Of a stretch of 64,000 nucleotides of DNA, positions 33,413 to 47,499 are shown piece after piece. The notes beneath the pieces were generated by a model that made no database searches, had not been told where the DNA came from, and worked only from the letters and a program-made list of their open reading frames with translations. Positions within the stretch are counted from its first letter, which is position 1. Every line of letters starts with the position of its first letter. The position numbers and the translations under genes were made by a program. The stretch comes from Stegostoma tigrinum (Eukaryota): the NCBI RefSeq assembly GCF_030684315.1, contig NC_081369.1, forward strand, positions 9,524,035 to 9,588,034. Reading direction: 5' to 3'.

Positions 33413-35338
33413 GATCAATGCTCCACATATATTTCCTCACATTACTTCATCTCATCTCACCAGAACCAGATCCTTCTATTTCCTGCTCCTTTATACTTAG
33501 CTAGTTCCAACTTAAATATATCATTTCACATCGTTGAACCACGCCACAAAAAGCTTAATTATCCCTTTTGCAATATTTTCTAACAGATATATATCAAGTG
33601 AAAAAAAAAATAAAGTTTGGGAAATTTTGTCTTCTCCTTGTCATCCCTTTTGGCGCTAATCAGGAAATGAATCTTCAATTGCTGGAGAACTTCAGGACAA
33701 TCTAGGAAAGTTGCCAATTCTCAGGTATTCTAATTTTGCTTCTGTTTGGATGAAAAATGACCAAGTACCGCCTTCGTTACGAAAGACTTGAATATTGGAA
33801 AGCTCAAAATAAAGGAAGTTAATATTAAAATTACAACATTCTGTGCTAACACACACTCAGCAGCGCCTGAAAAGCTCAACACAATCCACTAAAATTAAAA
33901 TGAGAAACATAATTGCTGGATATTTGAAATAAGTGAAAATTATAGAAGATTATGGAGATATCGGTGAAGATCTGAAAAATAATAGGTCGGTTTGATTTTC
34001 GCCATCCTAATTCCCCCTTCATTTTAGGGACTCGTTGAAAACTGTTTGGAAATGTTTCATCTTCTGAAATTCTACAATTGTTAATCCTGCTTCATTTTAT
34101 GGTGGTTATTTCATATAGTCTTTTCGAGAGCTTTCTCTTTCAGTTCAGTTTTAGTGACATGATTTCCTCATGTTTCTGTTTACAGCAAGGGCTGTTCTCT
34201 ATTTCAAGCAAATCCCGTCCTTATATCAAACAATGTTTGCGAAGCCTGAGGCGTGATTTGATAAACAATTAAAATCAGTAAGACTAAAACTGTTTCAGAA
34301 GACATTACCACGTATGGGGCTGCAGGTCTAGAGGGCATAAATACGAATCCTACGGGTAACTCTGGAGAAACTTCTTCATCTCGAGAGTGGAATGTAGAAT
34401 TCCTTACCATACGTTGAGGTGAATAGAATGGGTACATTTCACAAGAAAATCTATTTGAATGGACGAAGGAAATTTTAAGAGAATTTTCTTTCAAAAGATT
34501 TGGAAGGTGGCTTGTACGGAGCATAAACATGTGGACTGATTCGTCCGAATGACGTGCTTTTGATGAAGTAAATTGTAAAAGCACACTGAAACAGTGAATG
34601 CAAAAGATGGTGTGTAAGAAGTCTGAGTAATGGTGGGACCTGAAATGTCCCCATTGTTTGAATTACTTCTCTTTTAATCGAAAAATTAAGTCATTTCTCC
34701 CTTTGCCTTCCAGTCTGTTGGTGAGAGGAGTAAATGGGCGTGTGCATGTGCTTGATGAAGGGGTTGCTTGCATATTTTGCTTAGTTCAAGTTTAACCCTT
34801 CCGTTCTGAGGTAGCTGGCCGAAAAGTATCAAGGGTTACGGTGGCGTTACCAGGTATTTTGAATTGGTATTGAGGAAATTCCACGTTGGGTGGAGGTGGG
34901 GGTACTCCAGTGTGTGCAGCTTTTGTGAAGCATTAGGTGTGAAAATCTTCTGTCTGGAGTTAGCACAACACACTCGTGAGTAAAGGAATTTTGGCTGGAA
35001 AACACAGTTCGTTCCTTTTTCTTTCTTAGTACACCCCGAGACACCTATTGCTGTCACAAAAAAACGTAAACATTGACTTCAGTTACAGATAAAAAAAATT
35101 CAGTGTGTGCTACAAAATAAAACCGCTGTTATTTCTGCTTCCAACGCATATCATGATCTGTAGATCTTGCCTACCAACTCAGCATTGAAACCACAAGACA
35201 TGCAAGCGTGATGGTGAATGATTGCACTTCACATGAGCTTGAGAGAGTGAAAAAAAAAGTGATCGCCCTGGCCCTGCCGTCCAGCTCAAACCAGCCGGGG
35301 ATCTGTTGCTCAGCTGGGGTTAGGTTCAAACTATCAGT

Positions 35339-35950
35339 ACGTCCCAAGAAACACAACTTCACCCTATTCTCACCTTGATCCTTCCTTGTACAGGTACATG
35401 TCTTCAATTCAACAACTGCTAGATAGAAAAAGCTGTAAAATGTGTAGGTGATATTAACTATGTATGGGCATGACTATTTATGCTGATGTTGCGACAAGCT
35501 CTTTATGGAGTTTCTGGCCTTTCAGTGGAAGGGATACATCTGTGCAATCATAACTGCTGCTCCTGAGCCCTAGTTGTTCCCTTGTTTGCTGCTACAAGTT
35601 CCCGACACTCTGTCGTTCTCTTGTAAATAAATGTTTCGTATTTTTGTTTGTTTTTGCAACAGTTGCCGCTCGTATGACTCAATTTCTGCGATCGCCCAAT
35701 GTAACAGTAAGACAGACCGTGACTTTTCACTGCTCGTTGCTGCTATTCCGAGGTAGGAACCAAGTCGTGGTGCATTGGTGGAAAGCTGGTGACCAGGAAT
35801 TCTTGAACTCAAAACAAGATTCCTGGAGAGTGTTTCACATTGAGAACGAAGCCAGCGCAAACCCACAATGTGCGTTTTAGAAATGTTGGCATCTGTTATT
35901 GCAGTTTGAACAGACTGGAAATGGAATCGGCATACAGCTGAATGTAAGCG
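35339..35950 (+). pseudogene. Leader plus VJ exon pseudogene, paralog of the 7712 gene
   Basis: A 55-nt leader (35339-35393) starts with ACG and ends G|GTACAT. The V exon (35663-35950) reads MTQ..VTFHC..VVVHWWKAG..FHIENEASA / HNVRFRNVGICYC / GNGIGIQLNVS with two frameshifts and a mutated donor G|GAGAGT. Confidence 0.85.
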
Positions 35951-38754
35951 GAGAGTAATCAACCCCAGCGACTTTGAAAATACGGCAGTTAGATGGACAG
36001 GAAGTTTGAAATGGCAGCTCTTCTGCTAATGATAATGCAAATGATTATTAATTTCTCCCCTATTACGGTAGGCTGAGAGAACACCCAGTGTGCAGCGGGC
36101 TAATGTATATGGAAAGGTGGAACAGCTTGGGTGCAGCATTCCCCAACATTACTCAGTGGCCGCAGGAAGTTGGCGCTCTTGTTGCTAAAATTTCAAATCG
36201 AAAAACTAGATGTTCAGCAATTGTCAGTGCAAAGCAAGAGGGGAAGTTGGCTACCACATGCTTCTGCTTAAGCTGCTATTTCGAAATCTTATACCGCTGG
36301 TAGTCAAATGCATTTTTCAAAATGTACAACTCACAGCCTTCTCTGACTCACAATTCGAATTGTGATCTTAAATTAAGTGACCCATTATCGCCCACCATCC
36401 ACCCAGTGAAATCGCCAACTTATTCCAGACCATCCTTTACATGAGAATGAAACCCGCGACTTTCGAATACAATTCAAACATTTCATTGCTAACCCCTTGT
36501 TGGGGATGTCCGAAATGAAAGTCACACACTTACCAATACCACAGCTAGATGTCTGCGGATCAGAATTATTTGAAACCCTATGCGTTCAACATTCCATCAG
36601 TTTTGCAAGAAAAGTTGAAAAGATTTCTGCAGGTTGGCGGCTTCGATAAATCCACTCACGTTGAATTATGCAATCCTGCATCCGAACCATTCTGCAAGAG
36701 GGAGGGAAGGAAACATACATACGAAGTTCGTGAGATCGTGAAAAATTCGGTTTCTTGCCAAGGAAACATTTAACAGAGTTAGAAAAACAGAAGCGAGAAT
36801 AAGCGGTATTGTTAAAACCCAAACAAATAACCTGGGCGCGGCGGGTGAAGACTATTTGATTTTATTTTTTTCTCTCGTTGTGACCATAGAAACAAATGGA
36901 GATTTTCTTTTTTCTCTTGTTGGGTATCTGGAGCGAAATGTTTTTTTTAATTTCTCAACGTGTCACTCCAGCTAGCCAGCTATATTATTCTCAGGAATTC
37001 ATAGGAAACATACACAGGAACATGAAGGAGTTTCAAAGTAATTATGGCCAGATTATGGCAATCAGACAATCTTGGTTATTGCTCACTTCTTGACCATCAA
37101 GCATCGACTATATGAACTGTACCTGTCGCTCTGCTGTCTTGATTTCATTTTTTAACCTGGATTTGCATCTTGGCGCAGGATCCAACATGGTTCGTGTAAC
37201 ACCAAGTGTAACGATTCAATTACTCTTTGTATGGCCAAAATACAATAACGAACCTCTGTGCTCACTTTGCATCTGTCCCAAGTAGCATTGTAATTGAGAT
37301 TATCCATTTAACGCAACTGCAAAAATTCAGAAAATCTTCCTGTCACTCTTAACTGTTATTGTGAAATATTGAAGAAACCGTACTCCATTGACTGCCCAAA
37401 GCTGTGTGTTAAAGTAGTCATTTGACCAAACACAGAGATTATACGTGAGAGAATTGCCTCTTTAACTAAAGGTATAAACACTATTTGAAGCCTTGCTGAA
37501 GCCGTCATTTTGGGAGTGACAATTATGGGTGAGTCGTCCTGTGTGAGAAGGGTTTGCAAGTCTTTAGTTCTTAAGAAGGCATCACTGGACTCGAAACATC
37601 AAATGGTGCCAAACCAGTTGAGTTTCGCCAGCAATGTCTTCTTTTGCTTCAGATCTTTGGCATTCACAGTTCTTTGTTTTGTTTATTTAAAGTTTTCTTC
37701 ACCACATGCGAGCGTTTCTGCATGTGTTGTCAGTGAAACACCAATTGGATGGGCTTCAAATCTCGGTTGTTTTTTTTAGAAAAGAAATCTTCAGGGTCGT
37801 AGCACATAGCATTCCAATCAGAATATTTAGTACCTAAATGACAAAAATGTTTAACCATACAGCTTCCAGTCAAATATGCAGTCATTCCAAATTTGCAGCA
37901 ATTCAGAATGTTCAACTCTAACCACATTTTTCACAGCATTTCAAAGCTTGAATGAATTGAACAGTTCAAATGACCAGGCAATGATTAGGGAAGAAAGATC
38001 AAGAACTGATTTTGAGAACTTGTAGTTTTAATCATCACGATCAAGCTGGCTATTTCATTTGTGATACACACCTTTTGGTGTGTATTTTTTATATAAGCTG
38101 ACAACTAGTTTTTCTTTTCACTCCCATAATACGTTTTGATGCTGGTGTCTCTTAAAATACTGTCAGTACAATGTCTGGAAGCTAACCATATCAAATTCAC
38201 CCATCATTAAATTGCAGGATCTGATCAGATTATCCAGGCTTCAGTATTTCCATTTTATTGGCAGGGTTGGAATGTATATAATTAATAGTATCAGTAATCA
38301 GCCCAATAATTCATCTCTTGTCCATGGTTCCAAGCTATTGTTTCATCGAAGAATGTTTTGCATTGCTGAGAGTGTAGCTTGCAAAGCCTAGAATTTGCAT
38401 AGATGCAATGGGGAAATAGACTGTTCAGCTCCCCTAGATATTGTTAAATGTAAGGACGTAAAAAGCAGAAACTGCTGCATAGCATTTAATGCTACAATTC
38501 TTTTCAATATCCATTCATTCCTTTGGTCCCACTGAGATTATTGATCTCAATCTTGACTAAATTCAACAAATGGACATCCACGACCCCTAGGATTCCAAAC
38601 TGTCTGGCCTTTGATCAGAGATCACAGCCATGGGGAATACTTTCCAATCTAACCATTCCCTCAAAATATTTTGCATGTTTCAATTAGATCAACTCTAAAT
38701 CTTGCCAATTCTGGGCAGTAAAGGAGCAATTTGCACAAACTTTTCAAAGGACAG

Positions 38755-38927
38755 AGATAGTAGAAACTGCCAGTTCTGGAGAATCTGAGATAACACGGTG
38801 TGAAGCTGGATGAACACAGCAGGCCAAGCAGCTTCAGAGGAGTCGGAAATTTTGACATTTCGGGTCTCGACGCTCCTCTGATGCTGCTTGACCTGCTGTG
38901 TTCATCCAGCCTCACGCCATGTTAGCT
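38755..38927. mobile_element. Foldback Penelope-terminus insertion with 15-bp TSD, inside an old minus-strand CR1 fragment
   Basis: CTTTTCAAAGGACAG at 38740-38754 and 38928-38942; inverted GCTGGATGAACACAGCAGG arms. Confidence 0.8.
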
Positions 38928-41499
38928 CTTTTCAAAGGACAGTTGCCTTCTCTTGTGAGCCCTAGAGTCTTTCTTTGAGTAAGATGGCCAAAGCTGTATG
39001 CAGTACCTCAGGTCCGAGCTGATCAGTGCCCTTTGTAGCTGTGGGAAGGCATTTTTATTTCAGACTTAATTAAATAATTGAATTTAAATCCATACTTTTG
39101 TATAATCTGTCCTAACTTAGTTGTCTGCTTTGGCTATTACACGAGCTGCCTGCTTGAAGTACGAATCTCAGAAGATGAGAACAGAGAGGCACAACAAATA
39201 ATTGACATAATAATTTGTAATAAGTGGCAATTAAAAAAAAAAAAACAGCACAGGCTACGGGTAACTGAGAAATGCTGTCTTCCTATCCATTCAAATTCTT
39301 TCAAGTCACAAAAATGCACTATGTAATTGAAATCAGTGGATGGTGCTCCTTTATGAGATTTAGTGTGTAAATATCGTTGCCATACACTAATCACATAGCA
39401 TAAGCAAACAGGAACAATCAGCTTTAATGTTTGATTGCACTTACTATTACAGGATTAAGATTTAATAATTTAGCAAGCAAAAGGTAAAATAAATTCCCAG
39501 TTACAATAGCCATGTGTTTTCTTACCTTTCCCATGATCTTCTAAAGCTATTTGGCAAGTCCATATCAGTAGTTATAGAACATAGAATAATACAGCGCAGA
39601 ATGTCCTTAAATTTTAAATTAATTTAGACAGAATCTGTCATCAGAGATTTAAGACACAGAAGCTCTGAAACATAATGTGGTCCCTCAAGGAATTGTAAAG
39701 GATTCCTTGATCTTTTTATAAACAAGAGCAGAGGAAGTCTCGCAGTGTCCTGGCCACCACATTTCTCTCAACTCATCTTGTTGAGGCAAATGAACGTACT
39801 TTTATCCAGGTGAATGCTCTGGAAAAGAACATTTTCTTTATTTGAGCATTGAATACATCCAATTCAAATATGATGCGGATAATATCAAAAGCGTAACTGT
39901 CTTACCTCCATCTTTAGAAAAGTGCCATCATCAAAGCATTAACTCACCAGTTTTTTTCACTGCTGTTCATGTGGAATGTGTAAATTTTAAAACAAATCAA
40001 TTGCTATGCTAATTGTTTTGGTGCACAGCATACAGGAGCTAGAATCAAATGTTCAAACCCACAACTCGGCTACTTAAAGAGGAAGTTCACGGATTTGAAG
40101 TTGTAGCCTGGTCCATATTGGAATATTGAATATCTGATGTGTTTTTGTACAGGCAGTTTATACTGCTTATACTTCACAACATCATCTGTATAGTGCCATC
40201 AGTACAAACTGGGATATTGAAGTTCATTAAGCACCTGTCGATCTAAAGCATGATCATTTTCCTTCTAAAATTAAATTTCTTTTTTTTTGTGTGCCTCTTG
40301 CAAATTGTAGTCCCAATGCATCCATTCTTTGCCGGACGTACTTCTGTGTAGCAACATCTTTCTTATTACTGATTAGTCTTGCACATTTACAGTAGTTGTA
40401 AATGCTGAAAATATAAAGGTAAGACAGGCGTATAGTTACATTAATAGTTGGATTTCTAGACCTAATATTAATGAGTAATGTAAATACACAAATGATATCA
40501 AGTAGAAAAGTCACTTGAAACTAAAATTAATCTGCAGTAACTCATTTTTGGAAACAAATGCATTCCTTAACCTTGTAGTTCACATTCAATTCAACTTATT
40601 TTTGAGTTCATCAGAGTATAACATTACTGTTGTAAACATCAAGAACATCCAGATTAGATGAGCGCATTTACAGGCAGAGAAAAGTTCCTCCCACAGTCTG
40701 CACTGATATCATACAACTCAAAGGGTCAGAATTCCAGGTGCCGATGCAGGCAAGATTAGTCGTGGGAAACGCAGATGACTTGTCAGTTTTAGAGTTCCAC
40801 TAGATTACATTGCTATTTCTCAAGTAAATGTAGTGCTAAAGTAAGTGGAAAAATGTAAACCTTCAATAAACAATAAGAACACTAGAACTAGGGGCAGTCA
40901 TAGGCCATCTGGTTTGTATGGCCTGCTTTGCCACTCAATAGAATTATGACATATCTTGATTTTTTACTTTATCTTTCTGGTAGTTCACCTAATAGCTTGA
41001 TTCCATGAAACACCAAAAATCTAGCTTTAAACATTTTTGAAGATGCCACACCCACAACCCTCTGGGAAGAAAATTCCCAATATTCAAAACCCATACTGAG
41101 GAATCACTATGGGAAACAGCCCGTTTAAAATTTATGCAAACGGAGAGCTAGGCACAGAACTCTTCCATCACCTACAAATGCATTCATCTTAAAGTAGCCA
41201 TGTACAGGGATAGTAATAATGAGTTGTATCCTAACGTTAGGCTGGGCAGCTTTTGCTACCTACATGCAATTCAGGCCTATGATAAGATGGTAACATAGTA
41301 TAGAGAACATTGCAGGCAGCATCATGACAAATTAGTTTGCTATCATACGAGAGAGTAATACTTTCATGGAGAGATTCCGCAGAATGCTTGTGGTACAGAA
41401 GGTTCTGAGTTTTTGTATGTACGAATCAAAAATAATTAACACACGGATACAAAGATAATTAGAATGTTCTCCCTTATTGTGAGAAGTGTGGAGTGTAAA

Positions 41500-42940
41500 A
41501 GTAGAGGCATGTTCTGTAGTTGTGCAAGCCATTGGTGAGACACATCGAGTACCCCGTACAATTTAGTCTCATAACTTAATTAGATGATATTTGCAGTGGT
41601 GGAAGTAGAGAGAACATTTATTAGCTTTAATCCTGATATGTACGGGCTGCCTTGAGATTGAACATTGAGCAAGTTGGATTTGTAGTCATTGGATTTTAAA
41701 AAAATGAAATCTGATGTTATTAAATTATGTAAGATTCTGGGGTAGTTTACAGAATAGTTGCTGAAAGGATATCACCACAGCAGAGAATCAACAAAAAAGG
41801 ACAGAGTTTTAAAAGAAATGGGTGTTCCATTTAAGATTGGCATGTGGAAGATTTGTTTTCTTGTCAGAAGGTAAGTTAATGTTTGGAATCTTTTACTTAG
41901 GAAGCTGTGGGGGTCAAATAATTGATTAGACAGATTTTTGATGTACAAGCCAGTATGAGGTTAATGTCCATTGTGAGTTGGGTGTGGGGCATAGTGATTG
42001 TAATCAAGCATTGAAGTCATAGACTCAATCAGATTAACCTTGATGTTATTGAATAGTACTGCAGGCTTGAAAAACCAAACGGCTTACTCCTTCTCCTATT
42101 TCATTTGTTTTTATGAGGGAACGGGTATTTCTATTCCCACAATTTGCCTGCAGGCTCATGACATGCCTACAGTTCCATTCTAAAAAAAAATTTCAAACCT
42201 TTTATTAATCCCTTTGCCCTAAGCTTTGCCAAAGGTTTCTAAATGCCTGAAATGGCTTTCCGAACTTTCAAACTTTCCGAATATTTGGCATCAATTGTGA
42301 CTTTGCACTTAATTCTTCCTTTCAATCTGAGTGCATAAATGTTCTCCTTCCACTATTACTTGTCTTTTCCATCTGCTTGACTCTAAACATTCCTGTGAAT
42401 AGTTATGCAGATAAGTTCACATCAGAACTTTCAATGCAAAAGAACGCTTCTTAACACTTCTTAGAACTCATGTTGCCAAGTTTGGAGTTTTTGAGCTATT
42501 GGGACAGGCTGAATGGCCTGAGGCTATTTTGCCTGGAGCATTGGAGGTTGAGAGTTGACTTTATAGAAGATTATAAAATCATGAGGGGCATGGATAGAGT
42601 AAATAGATAAAGTCTTAACTGCGGAGTGGGGGGAGTCCAAAACTAGAGGCGATCTGTTTAAAATGAGACGGGAAAGATTTAAAAGGGATGTAAGGGGCAT
42701 CATTTCATGCAGATCATGTGGCTTGTATGGAATGAACTGTCAGAGGATATGGTAGAGATTGGTCCAATTACAACATTTAAAAGGCATCTGGATGAATACA
42801 TGAACAGGAGGGTTGAGAGAAATATGTGCCAAATGATGGTAAATGGGACTAGATTAATTTAGAATATCTGGTTGGCGTGCAAGTGTTGGACTGAAAAGCC
42901 TGTTTCCGTGCTGTTTATTTCTATAACTCCACGACTCTAT
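41500..42940 (+). mobile_element. Two CR1 LINE 3' fragments (about 41500-42110 and 42500-42940)
   Basis: Decayed RL.GDLIE.YKIMRG.D and S.TRG..FK motifs, each with a 3'UTR. Confidence 0.75.
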
Positions 42941-44419
42941 AACTAGGTTTTCTTTTATGCTTCTTGCAATAAACCAAGTCTAGCCTCTTGTTTGATTGTG
43001 CAATTCATAGGCCTTCATGCACTGAATTATCTTGTCAATTGGTCACTGAGTCTCCCAGAAGTCAGCCCGAAATGTTGCTTTCAAGAAGGTCATTTCCACT
43101 TTAAGACTGAATGTATATGTTGCTTTCAGCAGTTCCTTGTTCTAAATATTATCTTGGATTCATATCAAAATAGGCTCCTCTACGTCTAATTATACAGTTC
43201 TCTCTTTTTCTACTTCATGTGTGAGATGTGGGCCTCACTGGATGGCCTATGTTATCACCAGTCGCTTGCTGCCCCTGAACTGAATAGTTAACTAAGTATT
43301 TTGAACGGAAGTTGAGACTCAACAACATTACCTAAGATTGTTTGTATTTAAACCTGATTTATTTCAACTTTAGTTCATTTTCAGTTAAAATCTGTGAACT
43401 AAAATATCCAATGCTCCATTTATCTTTGGCTCATAGCTGAAGCATGTCAAATTGATCATAATTAATGCAGTTTGATTTTCACTTTTGCATGTAATTTTTC
43501 TCCTGCATCTATTGTAACTTTCATAACTAATGAGTTATGGAAGTTACTGCATGATACAAGTATGATGTGTTCTCAATTATGTCACTATATCATAGATATA
43601 TGTTAATGTTTTATATACACACACATCTTTTATTTACATATTTGTTTATTTTAATTGTATATCGGCAGTGTACTGTTAAAATGTCTTAAACTAAGGACAT
43701 ATTTGGAGAAGGTGTACGTTTTTATGAGTTTTCTCCCTCTTGCATCTGTAGCTTTTAGGGCAATTTATTTAAAAACACGTTGATAAATCTTCCCCCCCCC
43801 GCCCCCGAATCTCTGTGGTTCATTTGTCCTTTGACTTCAGTATAGTAGAAGATTGTCAAGGCTAGGTCATTAAGTGCATTCAAGGCTGTGATAAATACAT
43901 TTTTAATCAGGAAGTGAATTAAAGGTTTGAGTGACGACATTAGCTGGCAAGCTTACAATTAACTTGCAGACTCAGGGAATCAATGGGTGGATGGTGATCA
44001 AAAGGCCCCTGGTTTTCAATTCACTCATCAGGCTCAAACACATCTGCATTGGGAATAGATAATGCAGCTACCAGCTGGTGTAGTATAAGTTAGGATTTGA
44101 AATGTGTTTGTAGCCAAGTTTTCGAAACAATCAAACAAATTATATCAACCTGCTCACTAAGTTCTGTTTAATATCTCCCATCGCTGGAGCCAATGAATGG
44201 ATAGCCAAGCTAGACAACACAATATAAGCTTCTCCCATAACATAATAGTAATAGATTTTTGGAGAACTGTAAGAGCATTAATCAGTGTATCCTTGATTTA
44301 TGTTTGTTGAAATCCAAATGCTTTCAGTATACTTTGACAGCAAATAAGAAGGTTTTATATAATTGTTTCTTTTATACATAGCGTAGCATTTTATATTTTA
44401 ATGGGATGGGAAATCAATA

Positions 44420-45170
44420 ATAAGGCCAACATTTGCAATCCAGACCTTTTTGCTCTTGACAAACTTGCAGCATGCCGCATTTCTGTACTTCTGCAGACTA
44501 TTTGATGTAGATAGGCACACTACTGTTTTTAGGAAATGAGTTCCAGGATCTCGCCTACCAACAGTGAAGGAATGATGATATAGTTCAAAAGCAGGATGGT
44601 GTGAAAAGGAACTTCCAGGCAGTGTTCTCCAGGGTATGATACCCAGTCCTTGTTGACCTTAAAAGCTACAAGTTTTTAGTTAGTGAATGTATCTTTCATA
44701 TAGTACACAATACTGCCAGTGCTGTTTTCTGTGGTGCACATATTATCAATGTCAGGAGGATTGAATATTCGATTTGGTAGAAGACAGGGTTTATTGGCCT
44801 GAGTGATGACAAACCTCATGAGTGGAAATACTGCAACATACAGCCAGACAAGTGGAGAATATTCCATTACACTTCTGAATTGTGCCATGCAGACTGTGGA
44901 CGTGCTTTGGGAAATCAGGACGTGAGTTACTTGCTACAGTCTTCCGGGCTTCTGACTTTCTCTTCCAGCTACAATAATTAAATGGCTGGTGCAGTTAAGT
45001 TTCTGGTCAATGCTAACCCCCAGGTTTTTGATGGTAGGATATTAGCTGATCCTAATGCCATTGCAGTTCGAAGCGAAATGCTTTGATGCTCTCTTATTGG
45101 AGATGGCCATTGCCTGGCATTTGTGTAATAAAAACTGTTATTGCCATTTAGAAGTCCAAGTCTGAATGTT
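44420..45170 (-). mobile_element. L2/CR1-clade LINE 3' fragment
   Basis: AQFRSVMEYSPLVW in ORF 44676..44888. Confidence 0.65.
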
Positions 45171-45269
45171 AGATCTGATAAGATGCTAATGTTACACATT
45201 TTAACAAATTAAACATAGTGATACTTGGTTTATAGATTAATGTATGAATTCATAATGCAGTTATGCAAA

Positions 45270-45500
45270 CCAAGCCGTGTAGAAACTCAGCAGCTCTGGC
45301 AGCTTCTGTGGACAGAGAAACAGAGTTAGTGTTTCAAGTCTGGTATGACTCTTTGGAAGTTCTGAAGGAGAGTCATGTTTGAGTCAAACCATCAACTTCA
45401 CTTTTTTCACCACAGATGTTTCCAAACCTTCTGAGTTTCTTCAAGAACTTTTGTTCCCATTCCAAATTCACCCAGATCCACAGTGTTTTGCTTTTGATTC
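45270..45500. mobile_element. Old foldback Penelope-terminus element
   Basis: Inverted AAACTCAGCAG..CTGTGG..AGAGTT arms with two decayed hammerhead cores; same family as 8790-8901 and 54833-55075. Confidence 0.65.
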
Positions 45501-46163
45501 AAGCTATGCATTGACTGGATTTTCTGTTTTATAATATTCCACTTAAAAATATTATGTTTATAGTATCTCCACTGCAACATTATTTTAATTTGATATTCTG
45601 TATCAATTATCTTTCATGGGGAAGGTTGATTCCCTTATAATTTTTTGACTAATTTACTTTTCCATGTTATATCACAGTTAATTAGAAAGAGACTTGGGTA
45701 CACAATCCACAATGAAATGCCAATGTGAGCAATTGGTTCAATGCTCAAAATGCCAAAATTCTGTGGTGCATTATAAAGAAAGTCCATCTACTCTGTAAGA
45801 TGTACTTAAAAGACCCCAGAACACAATTTTAAGAAGAGCAGAGATGCTATTCTTAGTGCTCCAATTGATATCTATCATTAGAAATGATGAAAATAGATAA
45901 ATCACCATCATCTTATTTCTGGTTCAAAAGCAATTCTGTCGGCAAGTTGACTGTTTGTACTCTTACAATGTTGACTGTGTTTCCAAAATTATTTCATAGG
46001 ATGTGGAGTACTTTCGGATAAACGCATCCATTCATTATTTTGACAATGCTAGCACTGCATCTTGATCAACACAGTCAAATACCATTCCAGGTTTTAAAAC
46101 TGTTGGCATGTTAAATGTGTTCCCTGGATACGCTGTTCATATTAATTTTTGTTTTCCTTCCAG

Positions 46164-46409
46164 CTCCCAAATATGATATTCCAAAGACGCAATGCATTTG
46201 AAGATCTGCAGCAATAACAGTGAATCTGAAATGCAAAATGAAAGGTTGAAATCAAAGCAGTACTCTAGTGCGAGCCGTGAACTCAGACAAAACATCAAAT
46301 GTTAACCAACCTGCATCAAAATGTAAGAATCAGTGTAAGAATAGGAGGGAACTTGTGCATCCCAGATGGTTGAAGAAGAAATCTGAAGTGTATTCCATAA
46401 CAGCCATAG
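46164..46409 (+). pseudogene. Decayed C1-set exon
   Basis: Strong acceptor TTTTCCTTCCAG with phase-1 entry: APKYDI..TVNLKCKMKG*..AVNSDKTSNV..ELVHPRWLKKKSEVYSITAIG. Contains stops and lacks the Trp strand. Confidence 0.45.
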
Positions 46410-47249
46410 GTTCTCTTTGCAGAACACCTACATTGTTTTGAGCAGCATAGTTCATAAGTGTGTTCATAAAATAATTCCAGGGAGCAGCAATATCATAAAA
46501 TTACTGTATTTCATCATATTTGCTTACTCATACAAAACATTATTTTTGTGAATGAAAATCTCTGAATTGACAATACTCTTACCTCTGATCAGTTTTGGTA
46601 GTTAGGCCAGTGTTTTCAATTGGATTTTCACATTTTCCTGTAATCATTGTGGGTTTAGTAATTGTTAAAGGAAGCCCATACATAGGAAAGTACCATGAGC
46701 ACAAATCAAATTTATTTCCTGTTGGGTAATTGGGAAATTGTATGATAATTTAAAATGGCTGATAGGGAATTGACAGCCGATTATCCATGTCTGAATTTGT
46801 ATTTACCAAGGCTATGTAGAATATGCACAGCAAGAGCTCCTTCAATTACTGATACAGGAATAGAAAGTCACTGAAATGTACATTTTTCCTTTAGAGAATG
46901 TGAATTGGGAGTTAAAAAAATGGGTAAATGGTGGTCCAAATCAACAAATATTTTGCTTCTAATTTCGTTATTGAGAATATACAACCATTGCAGAAATAGC
47001 TGCTAATTAGAAGGCCGAGAGGAAAAGAGGAAATTTGTGAAATTATAATCATGACAGAAGCTGTGCTGAGAAAGCTATTGGATTTATAGGTTGAACTTCA
47101 TCCTGTGGTCCTAAAAGAGGCACCTAATGATGAAGTTGATTAAAGTACTCAAGATTCTGGGAAGATTCCATCAGGTTGGAAAGTCAAAAATGAATTGTCA
47201 ACAGATTTTCATACTTTAAATGTGTGGGCAAAAATCTGACATAGATCAT

Positions 47250-47480
47250 AGAATTCCTACTGTGTAGAAATAGTCCCTTCTGGTCAACAATTCCACACCA
47301 CCCCTCAGAGCATCGGATCCAGACCCACCCCACTTAATCTATACATCCCTGAAAACTACGGGCAGTTTAGCACGGCTAATCCACCTGCCCTGCACATCTT
47401 TGGACTGTGGGAGAAAACCGAGGAAACCCATGCAGACTAGGGGAGAATATACAAACTCCATACAGATAGTTGCCCAAGAA
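47250..47480 (-). mobile_element. HE1-type V-SINE, 5'-truncated
   Basis: V-SINE core TTTGGACTGTGGGAGAAAACCG...CAAACTCCATACAG. Confidence 0.85.
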
Positions 47481-47499
47481 CTTCTACTCCCTGATCAGG

